Shown here: one piece after another, positions 29,427-38,706 of the stretch | Position numbering within the stretch: the first letter of the stretch is position 1 | Layout: each line of letters starts with the position of its first letter | From: Caldilineaceae bacterium | Lineage (GTDB): Bacteria; Chloroflexota; Anaerolineae; Caldilineales; Caldilineaceae | Length of the DNA: 64,000 bases | Assembly: GCA_965116395.1 (NCBI GenBank) | Contig: OZ220684.1 | Span: 2,151,447-2,215,446, forward strand | Direction of reading: 5' to 3' | Notes under the pieces: generated by a model | The model's database searches: none | Seen by the model: the letters and a program-made list of their open reading frames with translations, nothing else | Told to the model about the DNA's origin: nothing | Position numbers and translations under genes: made by a program

Positions 29427-30638
29427 ATGTTTGTGCGAAGCGCGGCCGCCGCCGCGTTGGAACGGAAAAAGGAGCTGTTCTCCGTATACGAACGTGAGCG
29501 GTGGGAAGAGCAGAAGCGTGTGCAGGGATGGCTGCAGGAGTTGCAGGCTGTATCCGCCGCGTCCCTGAACCGCCGCCTCGACGACATCGACGACGCCTGG
29601 CCCGGCGCACTGCCCACGGAAGAGTACGACCGCGCGGATGGAATGTGCATCCCTTTGGGCGTGAAATGGCAGAACCGTGAAAAGGCCAATCAATGGGCAC
29701 TGGACGCGCTCGACGGCCGGCCCGCGCTGGCTGTCGACGGCAGCCAGATCATACCAACCACCGACTACTCTCCCCCGGTGGGCGCGGTGCAGATCGGCTG
29801 GTTCTTCAATGACCGCCGCCCGGCCGCGGATGGCGACGCCGCCGGGCGCTACGAAAAAGATATCGACTTTGAGGTACTGGCCCCGGACGAGCTGCTCGAC
29901 GCCGGCGGCGACGATAGCGTCTTTCCCAACTGGCGTGTGAACCAGGAGCGCTTCATTCTCGAGTGCGCCAAACTGTGTGAGTTCATGGAGCGCTGCGCGC
30001 AACGGCCGTTTGCCCGCAGGCCGGTCTGTTTCTTGGACGGCTCGCTGATTATCTCCTTTGCCGGCCAGCTGCGCGCCGGCCGAGAACACGGCTATATCCA
30101 GGCTGTGCAGGAGCTGCTGGACTGCTCCGAGCGCACGCAGACGCCTCTGGTCGGTTTTGTGGACAATACCTACAGCCGCGACATCGTCACCCTGCTGGCG
30201 ACGCTGCACGGCTTGCCGGCGCCGGCGCACATCAACGACGCTTCTCTACTGGCGGCAAACATGCCCGACTGGGGCGATCGCAGTCCGTTCTGGGTATGCG
30301 CACGCCCGGACCGTCTCAGCACAGAAGGCCGCGCCGACTTCTACAAACAGGTCTGTTTCTGCCTGGCGCGGCTCAGCATGGAAAACGCGCCGGCCCGGCT
30401 GGAGATGCCGCGCTGGCTGCTGGAATCCGGCCGCGCCGACGAAATCGTCTCCCTCGTTCTGGCCGAGGCCGTTGTCGGCAGTGGCTATCCCTACGTGCTG
30501 GAGACGGCAGACGTCACCGCGGTCATCCAGCAGCAGGACCGCCAGCGCTTCTACCGGCTCTTCCAGGAGTTTCTGGAGGAGCAAGGCATGGCCATGACCG
30601 TCACGCGCAAGCAGCGCAGCAAGCAGCTGCGGCGGTGA
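29427..30638 (+). CDS. NurA-domain nuclease-like protein (no HerA partner in the window)
   Basis: LAVDGSQI (catalytic DGS), FLDGSLI and C-terminal GSGYPYVLETADVTAVI follow the NurA domain pattern. Confidence 0.55.
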   Translation: MFVRSAAAAALERKKELFSVYERERWEEQKRVQGWLQELQAVSAASLNRRLDDIDDAWPGALPTEEYDRADGMCIPLGVKWQNREKANQWALDALDGRPALAVDGSQIIPTTDYSPPVGAVQIGWFFNDRRPAADGDAAGRYEKDIDFEVLAPDELLDAGGDDSVFPNWRVNQERFILECAKLCEFMERCAQRPFARRPVCFLDGSLIISFAGQLRAGREHGYIQAVQELLDCSERTQTPLVGFVDNTYSRDIVTLLATLHGLPAPAHINDASLLAANMPDWGDRSPFWVCARPDRLSTEGRADFYKQVCFCLARLSMENAPARLEMPRWLLESGRADEIVSLVLAEAVVGSGYPYVLETADVTAVIQQQDRQRFYRLFQEFLEEQGMAMTVTRKQRSKQLRR

Positions 30639-30644
30639 TAACGG

Positions 30645-30670
30645 CAGTGGTTAGTGGCCAGTGGTCAGTG
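30645..30670. repeat. heptamer tract, family 2 (GTGGTTA/GTGGTCA-like)
   Basis: CAGTGGTTAGTGGCCAGTGGTCAGTG, starting 7 nt after the NurA-like stop. Confidence 0.65.
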
Positions 30671-30744
30671 CGTGAGCAGGTCATTGGCGCGCGGCAGGTC
30701 TGCATCATCGCAATTTTCCAATCGCAAATGTCACGGAGTAGACA

Positions 30745-31269
30745 ATGTCTTTAGCGGTAACGAACTACGAATCCCCCATCGGTTCCATCGAAATCCACGC
30801 CACCGACGCGGCGATAAGCAAAGTCGAGTTTGCCGGGGAACCGGTAGAAGTGAATGAAGAGCAGAGCGGCGAGAGAAGCAGCTCTCGCGCCTCATCCCCG
30901 ATGCCGCCAGCGGCGCATCCGCTTCTGGACGAAGTGCATCGCCAGCTAAACGCCTATTTCGCCGGAGAGTTACGCTGCTTCGAACTTCCCCTGGCCCTGG
31001 ACGGCACGCCGTTTCAGCAACAGGTCTGGCAGCAGCTTCTCAGTGTCGGCTACGGCCACACCGCCAGCTACCAGGACATCGCCCACGCCATCGACAACCC
31101 CAAAGCCGTGCGCGCCGTCGGCGCGGCCAACGGCCGCAATCCGGTCTCCATCATCGTGCCCTGCCATCGTATTATCGGCAGCGGGGGGCGTGCGAAGCTG
31201 ACAGGATACGGCGGCGGGTTGTGGCGTAAGGAGTGGCTGCTGCGGCATGAGGGGGTGCTGTTGGTGTGA
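30745..31269 (+). CDS. ogt: methylated-DNA--protein-cysteine S-methyltransferase
   Basis: Active-site PCHRIIG, plus TPFQQQVWQQLLSVGYGHTASYQDIA and NPVSIIVPCHR. Confidence 0.9.
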   Translation: MSLAVTNYESPIGSIEIHATDAAISKVEFAGEPVEVNEEQSGERSSSRASSPMPPAAHPLLDEVHRQLNAYFAGELRCFELPLALDGTPFQQQVWQQLLSVGYGHTASYQDIAHAIDNPKAVRAVGAANGRNPVSIIVPCHRIIGSGGRAKLTGYGGGLWRKEWLLRHEGVLLV

Positions 31270-31281
31270 AGGGGAAGAGAG

Positions 31282-31566
31282 ATGAGATGGAAACTTAAAT
31301 GTCTAGTCGAGAAGGAAGATGATTGGTATGTTTCCTATTGTGAGGAATTGGGAATTGCAAGCCAAGGGGAAACCGTAATTGAGGCAAAGAGGAATTTGGA
31401 AGAAGCAATTGAGATGTTCTTAGAGGACGCTTCGCAGAACGAGATTCTGAGTCTCCTTGCCTCTCTTAAGCCGGGGTCTCCTTTCGGAATTCAGCATCAC
31501 TTGGAGGTTTCGGTTGTGCATCATCAGGAGAGAAAGGGCACACAATGGGAGATAATTGTAGCCTAA
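31282..31566 (+). CDS. HicB/UPF0150-like antitoxin-fold protein
   Basis: LVEKEDDWYVSYCEELGIASQGETVIEAKRNLEEAIEMFLED matches the HicB N-terminal fold pattern. AT-rich relative to ogt, which ends 13 nt upstream. Confidence 0.6.
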   Translation: MRWKLKCLVEKEDDWYVSYCEELGIASQGETVIEAKRNLEEAIEMFLEDASQNEILSLLASLKPGSPFGIQHHLEVSVVHHQERKGTQWEIIVA

Positions 31567-31683
31567 ATTGAGACAGCTGTCCGGCTGTGAAGTCCGCAGG
31601 ACAAGGAATGCTCGATTTTGGAGTAAGAACCGTCTTCGTCCCCATAAAGTCGTTTGCTAGGCCCTACCCTAGTCCAACCTCGT

Positions 31684-34600
31684 TTAACTACCCGTTATCT
31701 GCTGATCTAGAATATCAGTGATCCATAGGAGTTTGAATGCTTCCGCTTTGACTTGCAGTTCTTCTAGTCGCCTCGACCATGCTCCCAATTCGACCACGGT
31801 CAGCTTACTTGTATCGTTAAAGTCCTCCGTAGGTCGAAATTGCTTGCCAATCTCAACGAGGTGTTTCATAGCTTCTCCAAGGAAAGGGCGGTCCAAGTAA
31901 TATTCAAGATCTTCATGATACTTTGTGAGTTCCGTAAATTCGTCGCACACCCGTTGTAGATTCTTATCAAGATTCTCACTTTGGACGCGCAGAAAGCCGT
32001 CAATGACGGTAGAGTCACAGACGGATTCATCGGGAAAGCGGGAAAGGTCTCCAGCGCTCAGAGAAAGAAGAGACAACAATGCAAAGTTTTCCGTGAAACG
32101 AATAGCAGGTTCAAATTGCTCACGATCCCAAATAGCAACTTTCAGGTTGGCCCAATCTTCGTCCGAAATTTCTCTGCTAAATTGACGCAAATGCCTCCAT
32201 GCGTTACCCGATCTCAATTCACTCGAAGGGACAACGAAAATAAACTTCGACAATGCCTTGCCACGGAACAGCGGAATAACTGCGAAACGCTCCAACGAGA
32301 ATAGTGTTGCGTAGTACCGCAAACTCGTAGTGCTTTCAGTGTGTAACGCTTCTCTCAGTGCTTCAAGAGTGGCCTCAACCGCCTTCCAATATGACATTGG
32401 ATGGTCCGCATTTACCAAGATAGTGGTGATGTGCTCCCCTTCGAGCTTCAGATCATCTGTGGCGACATTTGCTGAGTAATGCTCCTTCTTCACTGCCTTA
32501 AGCTTTTCCCTAATTTCCTTTCTCATTTCCTCAAGAGCATTGTGGCGCTCCTTGACAAATGCCTTTACCGCTCCCTTCCTAACCCTCTTCGGATGAAAGG
32601 CAAATTGGTACCACATTGGCCATAATTCCCTAATCAGTTTTTGTTCTCTACTTTCCAATCTGCTATGGTCGTAGTCGGACAAGATCCGATCGAACCGATT
32701 GCGAAACTCGACTTGCAGATGGGCTAGTGCATCTAACGCGACAAGCAGGTTGAAAGTTGCCAAGTCTTCTTTGCCTGTCTCAATGCCTTGCTCCTGGGCA
32801 ATTTGTAAGAGAGTGTCACGCATGTCTGCGTCTGCTCGTCCTAAACTAGAGTTTAACACTGCGACATGCAGTCCTTGAGTCATAAAATTCGACAAATGTC
32901 TCAAAAATCGGTGGAGTATATCAATGTACGATTTGTTTTTCGTGATAGCAGGAAACTGCAGGTAGAGTCCTCCAACGGAGAGGTTGTTTGGATCGTTAGT
33001 AGAATCCTGGACCAAACCTTCGCTCACAAATCCCCATTCATCAACCGCGCTTTGTGGTAGAGGAGGTCGGGAATCGGCGAGGTGCTTGCATTTTTCGAGA
33101 GTCGCATTGTCGAACTGCAGGCCTACTCGTTTCGTGACTTGTCTCTTGCGAAAATAAGCGTCTAGTGCCCGCTGTAGCTGGCCCAACCAAGTGTGCAACT
33201 CCTGTCTAAGTTCTAATATTTCCCGTGCATGCAATTCCCAGTTGTTTGGCCTATAGGGATAGTCGCCTAGCGAACGGAAATGTGCGTTGATTCTTTGTGC
33301 CCAAGGTGGATAGAAATTACTGGAGTCGATAGTTTTTTCTGAATCGTCATACTCTGGCGCCAGAATTCCCAGTCTATGACCATAGCCATGGCTTCCGTAC
33401 TTCTGATGGGTCGGCAAGAGCTTTCTCAGAAGGTCAACACGATACATGGTTTCTTCGTGCAACGAGCGTGAAATTGATTTAGCCTCGTCTTGTACTCCTG
33501 GATCTATCAGGTATACAAAATCAGGGATAAAGTGCGCTCGTAAGGTCGCCCCATCGTCCTCCAATGAAAAACTATTCGTTTCAAGTTTGAAACGTGATTC
33601 AATTTGATGTTGGTATTCACTCACGATCGTTTCGAGTCTTTCTTTATCCGCGATGTGCAACGCATATATTAAATTCGCCAAAGTGTCGAGCGGAGTTTTC
33701 TCGACGACTTCTCCAATTTCTATGTGCTTACACAACAGGGGAGTCAACTGCTGAATTTGAAGATGACTTGACCAAAATAAGACCTGTGCAAGACCTGCAA
33801 AGTCATGTTGTTTAGAAGGTACCATGTTAGTCGGGGCTATATTCCGCAGCCAAGTTCTGGCAGGAACAAATGCCCCTTCTTTGGGCGTTTGCCTCTCCCT
33901 TACGGAGGCAACATACTCCAAGAGTCGGCCCTTTCCACCAAAATCTGATAAATTGTCCCAAATATCGGTTATGTCCTCCTTAGCAATCCCTGTCAGATCA
34001 GAATCCAATAGGAGATACCACGCAGGGCCTCGTTCTTGGTATACTTGATCTATTAATTCCCTATTTGCCTCTGTATAGTCACGCACTCCAAGCCAAAGTA
34101 GTGCCCGCAAAACGCCCGCCACACCTCCCCATGACTTTGGTTGGAATTTATTAAGCTGCTCTATGACGGATGATGCTTCTTCTCTCCGGCGCGAGAAGAC
34201 ATGCAGCAGAAAAATCTCCAAGTCGGATTCCACTAACAGTTGCATACATTCCTTCGCAATTGATTCCCAACTGTAAAGCGTAGAGTCTAAAAGGCTCTCC
34301 AGCATTATGCTAGACCTGACGGAATGTAAACCGGAAATAGTTGAATATTCTGCGTCAACGCGGATCAGATACTCTTTGGCAAAAGTTTCTATAGTTAGAG
34401 GAAGTGCATTTAGGTTAAGATGGCGATGAACAGAACTCAAGTCGAGTTTGGCCTCATATGCTGAGGCCGTAGCCACGAGCCTAAGCAAATGCAGTTCGTC
34501 TGCCTGTAGGTCTCCACGGTTCAGTCGTTCCTGTAGACTTCGAATCTGACTTTCAATGCGGGCTTTTAGTGTTTTTCGCTGTGTTAGGAAGTAAACAAAC

Positions 34601-35877
34601 TCCAATAAAGGACCCCGTCCTCCAAATCCTGCCCAGGCCTCATCAAACGTAAGAAAATTCGGATTTTGCTCTAGGAACTGCGCTGATAGACTTTCGGCTT
34701 CTTTTCTGTCAAAATCGAGTTCCATCTCTTCAAAAAGGAAATGTGCCGCGTAGCCGGTAGCTCGCCGCCAATCTTCTTCGCGTACGGTCACCAAAATCTG
34801 AAGCTTTGGTAGGACTGCAAGAGTACGAACGAGGTTTGGCCAGTCCTGGTCACTAGGAGAAACATCTACATAGACAATACATGGGAGATCAATTGCTTTG
34901 GCGTGTCCTGACAACGCGTTCGCGACGTTCTGGAGTTGCCGCGTATTCTCGATTCGACGGGAGTCCACGAAGAAACGCCATACGTTTGGTGTGTAGTCGT
35001 GGAGGTACCGGAATGCAAGAGTACTCTTTCCTTGCCCTGATGCACCATGCACGATTACTACGTCGTTGGCTTCGAATTTCTTCTGGATCTCCGTCAGTTT
35101 TTCGCTACGAATCATATCTAAATCGGCCAGAATGTGATCATACCGCGCATCCACCCCCCGATAGTACTCATTTGTGAGGCGGTCAGTATCGATTTCATCT
35201 GGGCGCCGTGTATCGATTAGGGGATGAATGGTGTTGAACCATTCGTCATGATACGCGGATCGCTCCTGCAAATACCGACCTACAGACGATAGCTTTTCAA
35301 TTACAGATGAGTATTCGATGCGTTCACTCTGCTCCGAAGCACGAAATACCCAGAACATGAGTAACTCGAAGGCATATAGAAGATCACCTCCTGCTAGCGA
35401 GTCCCGAAGAAAATCAGAAACTCTGGCCTCGAGGTTGGACTCATCTGCCATCGAGAATTTTATGCCAAATAGCTCTTCTATTTCTCCAGAATTGTAGCCA
35501 TATTCTCTGAGCTTCTCTCGCACATGCTGTCTTTCGGGACCCTCCTGGGTCCACGCTTTTTCTATCTCGGGTCCGATTGGTCCAAAGCTTACGATTCTGA
35601 TCGTAGAATCGGGAAAGTTCCTGCGATTGCGAAGAGAACGATCGAAGAAGGAATCGTGCAACTGTGAGGCAAAATCTGATAGAGTCACGTTGTCACTATA
35701 GGCTTTTACCTGCACGGTTTCCAGAAGTTGACCATCGGGTGCATGTATGTCCAAATCCTCTTTACCTTCAGGCAGATACCAAAGTTCTTGATGTTCAACA
35801 TCAAGAAGTCGTGAGAGGATATATAGGGTTTGAAGTCTATACCCCCGTAAAGCCGCTGCCGCTCCATCCCTGGGCAT
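31684..35877 (-). CDS. Avs-like STAND NTPase with N-terminal Cap4/DUF4297-type PD-(D/E)xK nuclease and about 900-aa helical C-terminal region
   Basis: The start was moved to ATG MPRDGAAAALRGYRLQTLYILSRLL. EGKEDLDIH...ETVQVKA is the E-x-D...Q-x-K layout. Walker A is VIVHGASGQGKST, Walker B-like is CIVYVDVS, followed by LQILVTVREEDW. The gene is markedly AT-richer than its flanks. Confidence 0.75.
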   Translation of the reverse strand: MPRDGAAAALRGYRLQTLYILSRLLDVEHQELWYLPEGKEDLDIHAPDGQLLETVQVKAYSDNVTLSDFASQLHDSFFDRSLRNRRNFPDSTIRIVSFGPIGPEIEKAWTQEGPERQHVREKLREYGYNSGEIEELFGIKFSMADESNLEARVSDFLRDSLAGGDLLYAFELLMFWVFRASEQSERIEYSSVIEKLSSVGRYLQERSAYHDEWFNTIHPLIDTRRPDEIDTDRLTNEYYRGVDARYDHILADLDMIRSEKLTEIQKKFEANDVVIVHGASGQGKSTLAFRYLHDYTPNVWRFFVDSRRIENTRQLQNVANALSGHAKAIDLPCIVYVDVSPSDQDWPNLVRTLAVLPKLQILVTVREEDWRRATGYAAHFLFEEMELDFDRKEAESLSAQFLEQNPNFLTFDEAWAGFGGRGPLLEFVYFLTQRKTLKARIESQIRSLQERLNRGDLQADELHLLRLVATASAYEAKLDLSSVHRHLNLNALPLTIETFAKEYLIRVDAEYSTISGLHSVRSSIMLESLLDSTLYSWESIAKECMQLLVESDLEIFLLHVFSRRREEASSVIEQLNKFQPKSWGGVAGVLRALLWLGVRDYTEANRELIDQVYQERGPAWYLLLDSDLTGIAKEDITDIWDNLSDFGGKGRLLEYVASVRERQTPKEGAFVPARTWLRNIAPTNMVPSKQHDFAGLAQVLFWSSHLQIQQLTPLLCKHIEIGEVVEKTPLDTLANLIYALHIADKERLETIVSEYQHQIESRFKLETNSFSLEDDGATLRAHFIPDFVYLIDPGVQDEAKSISRSLHEETMYRVDLLRKLLPTHQKYGSHGYGHRLGILAPEYDDSEKTIDSSNFYPPWAQRINAHFRSLGDYPYRPNNWELHAREILELRQELHTWLGQLQRALDAYFRKRQVTKRVGLQFDNATLEKCKHLADSRPPLPQSAVDEWGFVSEGLVQDSTNDPNNLSVGGLYLQFPAITKNKSYIDILHRFLRHLSNFMTQGLHVAVLNSSLGRADADMRDTLLQIAQEQGIETGKEDLATFNLLVALDALAHLQVEFRNRFDRILSDYDHSRLESREQKLIRELWPMWYQFAFHPKRVRKGAVKAFVKERHNALEEMRKEIREKLKAVKKEHYSANVATDDLKLEGEHITTILVNADHPMSYWKAVEATLEALREALHTESTTSLRYYATLFSLERFAVIPLFRGKALSKFIFVVPSSELRSGNAWRHLRQFSREISDEDWANLKVAIWDREQFEPAIRFTENFALLSLLSLSAGDLSRFPDESVCDSTVIDGFLRVQSENLDKNLQRVCDEFTELTKYHEDLEYYLDRPFLGEAMKHLVEIGKQFRPTEDFNDTSKLTVVELGAWSRRLEELQVKAEAFKLLWITDILDQQITGS

Positions 35878-36030
35878 CACTATTTCCCATAAGTGTATCG
35901 ATTCAAGCACGCAAAAAACTTGTAGAAAAATGTATCGGGGCCAAAAACTGGGCAACGAGCCAAGGGTTATAATGGAGCAGACCGCCAAGCAAGTGGAGAA
36001 GCAGTTAAATTGTCTCGAAACGGCGACGAC

Positions 36031-36318
36031 TTATAGCGGCATCGCCGACGATTCTAACGCCTCGTCCACTTCAGTGCCTTCCCTCACCCACGCCCCAGCC
36101 ACCGCCTCAACCTGCCCCGCACCCCAGCCCCCATTCGCGACCACCAGCCGATACTGCTTCGTAATCGTCTCCCCAGCCCCGAACTCATACACCTCATCGA
36201 ACATGAAGGCGAAGCTGGCGCATGACGTACGGCGTCTGGCGCACGAACCACTTGTTGGGATAACGCAGATTGGCCGGATGGCCCAGAAAGGCCAGCGTTG
36301 ACGTGCGGCCGTTGCTGT
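36031..36318 (-). pseudogene. 5'-truncated, frameshifted copy of the 3' end of a DUF6807/PmoA-family gene
   Basis: It encodes ...STLAFLGHPANLRYPNKWFVRQTPY, then a 1-nt shift, then CASFAFMFDEVYEFGAGETITKQYRLVVANGGWGAGQVEA. This parallels the C-terminus of the intact gene at 37758..38699. DNA similarity is roughly 85% by eye. Confidence 0.7.
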
Positions 36319-36365
36319 CGTCGAGGGTCTAGGTAGGGTGCAGGGGGAACTAGCCTTCGCACTAC

Positions 36366-36788
36366 CTACGGACGCAAAATGTCCATGTACTTTCGCCGCT
36401 GATCCTCCATCCAATCGGTGAGCGAATCCCAGTTGTTCTTGTTGCGCGTCCCGCCTTCGGGTTCGCAAATCGTTTCGCACCAATGGTCCAGGCCCTTTTC
36501 GTTGGGTATGTAGTAGGTTATATCCTCGAACTTTTCCTGAAACTGTTCCCAGTACCGCCTGATGCGGCGTTCAACAGCCTTGGAAACTTCGTCATTTCCA
36601 CCCACGACGTAGGTGCCAACCCCGTCAGTCCCAAGATAATGTCTGATCGAGAGATCGGCCTCGTCGATCTTGTAACTGGGAGAGTGGTGCCTATAATCCT
36701 CTTGAAAACGTTGTGCATTCGGCGTCCTTGGATGCCTGTCCGCGTAATGTCTCCAGAAGGCTTGCCGGAAGCTGACTGTTTGGTCCAT
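36366..36788 (-). CDS. hypothetical protein, DUF4268-like
   Basis: 140-aa ORF 39 nt downstream of the MNT gene. FRQAFWRHYADRHP...NKNNWDSLTDWMEDQRRKYMDIL resembles the DUF4268 pattern. This assignment is from memory, not a search. Confidence 0.45.
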   Translation of the reverse strand: MDQTVSFRQAFWRHYADRHPRTPNAQRFQEDYRHHSPSYKIDEADLSIRHYLGTDGVGTYVVGGNDEVSKAVERRIRRYWEQFQEKFEDITYYIPNEKGLDHWCETICEPEGGTRNKNNWDSLTDWMEDQRRKYMDILRP

Positions 36789-36827
36789 CGTCTATGTCTC
36801 CTTCTCATCGCCTGTGAACTCTGTCCG

Positions 36828-37160
36828 CTACTTCTTAGCTACACGCCCTCCCGGACCGTCTGGCATCTTCTGCAGGACCACATAGCCTCTCGCAATAACT
36901 TCCTGAAAACTCTCGGAAATTCCGTGCCAGTCAAGCACGTCTACCAGAATAGGCAGGTCGGAATCCTCAAATGCTTCCTTCAGCCGCGCTAGCGTGTGCC
37001 GGTCCAATGCCGTAACGCCAACGATCGCGAGGTCGAGGTCGGAATAGTCCTTTGCAGAACATGTCACGCGCGAACCGAAAACGCGCACTTCGCAAGCCGG
37101 CACGTGTTCCGCCAGAATCTGCTTCACCGTTTTGAGGTGATTTGGGCTCAGGTCAATCAT
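36828..37160 (-). CDS. minimal nucleotidyltransferase (MNT) antitoxin
   Basis: VRVFGSRVTCSAKDYSDLDLAIV is the GSx10-12DxD pol-beta nucleotidyltransferase motif. Confidence 0.85.
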   Translation of the reverse strand: MIDLSPNHLKTVKQILAEHVPACEVRVFGSRVTCSAKDYSDLDLAIVGVTALDRHTLARLKEAFEDSDLPILVDVLDWHGISESFQEVIARGYVVLQKMPDGPGGRVAKK

Positions 37161-37575
37161 TGTGGGCTTCCAGCACCTTCAGCAGCTGCCGGGCGTCGTG
37201 CGTGAACCCTCTCACGGCTTCATAGACTTGCTGGGCCTTCTTGCGGTCATAGATATGGGAGGTTGTATTCCTTGCGTCGTGATGCCGCATCCAGCGATCG
37301 ACATCGGAGATAAGTCTATTCGCCGCGGAGAGGCGGTAGAGTTGACGCCTCGTCACACCGTCTGCGGTTTCGGGGCCGACGTTTGTATTCAGCCAGCGCG
37401 CCATCAGTTTCCAGGAGAGCTCGTAGGTTATCTCAAAGTGCTTTACGACGCCGGCGCGAATGCCGATGCGCTCGATTTCGCTCAACCGTCCCATGCGGGC
37501 ATCATCTTCGCTGGCTGTCAGCAGTTCATCCAGCGCTTCGATCGAGTCTCTCAGATTGTCCAGATGAAGAGGCAT
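37153..37575 (-). CDS. HEPN-domain toxin (HI0074-like nucleotidyltransferase substrate-binding protein family)
   Basis: R-x4-H motif RNTTSH near the C-terminus. 8-nt overlap with the MNT gene. The start was moved to ATG MPLHLDNL. Confidence 0.8.
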   Translation of the reverse strand: MPLHLDNLRDSIEALDELLTASEDDARMGRLSEIERIGIRAGVVKHFEITYELSWKLMARWLNTNVGPETADGVTRRQLYRLSAANRLISDVDRWMRHHDARNTTSHIYDRKKAQQVYEAVRGFTHDARQLLKVLEAHND

Positions 37576-37757
37576 GATCTGTCCATAGCAACTGAGTCGT
37601 TCCCGGACCAGATGAGCCTGGCCCCAAAAGTTGGACAACGAGCTAAGGCATATAGTGAAGCAATTTCCCCAGCAGGTGGACGGGAAGTTGAATTCTCAAT
37701 AAGCGGCGACGACACGTACCTGCATTGTTGAAGCGCATCCCGCCTCCAACTCCCACC

Positions 37758-38699
37758 TCATCCCCGCCACGCCTCTGCCGCGGCCTCCACCTGTCCCGCA
37801 TCCCATCCCCCATTCGCAACCACCAGCCGGTATCGCTGCGTAATCGTCTCCCCCGCCTCGAACGCATAAACCTCATCGAACATGAACGCAAAGCTGGCGC
37901 AGGCGTACGGCGTCTGGCGCACGAACCACTTGTTGGGATAGCGCAGGTTGGCGGGATGGTCCAGAAAGGCCAGCGTTGACGCATTGCCGTTGCCGTCGTG
38001 GCGGCCCGTGTAGGCCAGCCAAGGTGCCTGCTCGCCCATCGCCTCCGCGCCTTCGTGCCCTGCCGCGGTGATGACCTCGCCGTTGTCGAACGAGCGCGGC
38101 CCCCGCCAGAACAACCCGCCATAACCGGCCAGCGGACGCCCTTCCGTCGTCGGCGAGCAGATGTGCAGCGTCTCGCCGCGCACATTGCGCAGGCTGGTCG
38201 TGAAGTCCAGCGTCCAGTAGCCGGCCTCCGCGTCGACCGTCTCCACCGCAATGCCCCGCGTCTCGTCGATCCAGTGCTCACCCGCCTGCGTGATCCACGA
38301 GAGCTTCTCCGTCGCCGCGAAGCGGTTGTCGTCCACCTCGATCGACTCCCAGCCGTCATGGCGCTGGCTGCCGTTGTTGGGCAGGTCGACATAGCCCTCG
38401 CCGTGGCGGTAGCTGCCCCCGCCCCAGAAGTTCTGGCCGTCCAGGTGGGCGATCGTCATCTGGATCCCCTTGTGCCACACATGGTCATGCGGGCGGTAGT
38501 TGGTGATCAGGTCGCCGGCCAGCGTGTTGACAGGGTGGAAAAACGGTTTGGGCGACTCGGACTGGGGCATGTCCGGATCATAGATATAGCGGAACAGCGT
38601 AACCGCCTCCCACTTCAATTCAAGCGAAGCAAATCCGGGCGTGCGGTGACTGTGCGGCGCGGTCTTTTCATTGCGTGTATGGGTAAGAGCGAGAGCCAT
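37758..38699 (-). CDS. DUF6807 (PmoA-annotated) family protein
   Basis: KPFFHPVNTLAGDLITNYRPHDHVWHKGI plus the C-terminal FAFMFDEVY...YRLVVANGGW pattern typical of this family. Confidence 0.7.
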   Translation of the reverse strand: MALALTHTRNEKTAPHSHRTPGFASLELKWEAVTLFRYIYDPDMPQSESPKPFFHPVNTLAGDLITNYRPHDHVWHKGIQMTIAHLDGQNFWGGGSYRHGEGYVDLPNNGSQRHDGWESIEVDDNRFAATEKLSWITQAGEHWIDETRGIAVETVDAEAGYWTLDFTTSLRNVRGETLHICSPTTEGRPLAGYGGLFWRGPRSFDNGEVITAAGHEGAEAMGEQAPWLAYTGRHDGNGNASTLAFLDHPANLRYPNKWFVRQTPYACASFAFMFDEVYAFEAGETITQRYRLVVANGGWDAGQVEAAAEAWRG

Positions 38700-38706
38700 G
38701 AGACCT

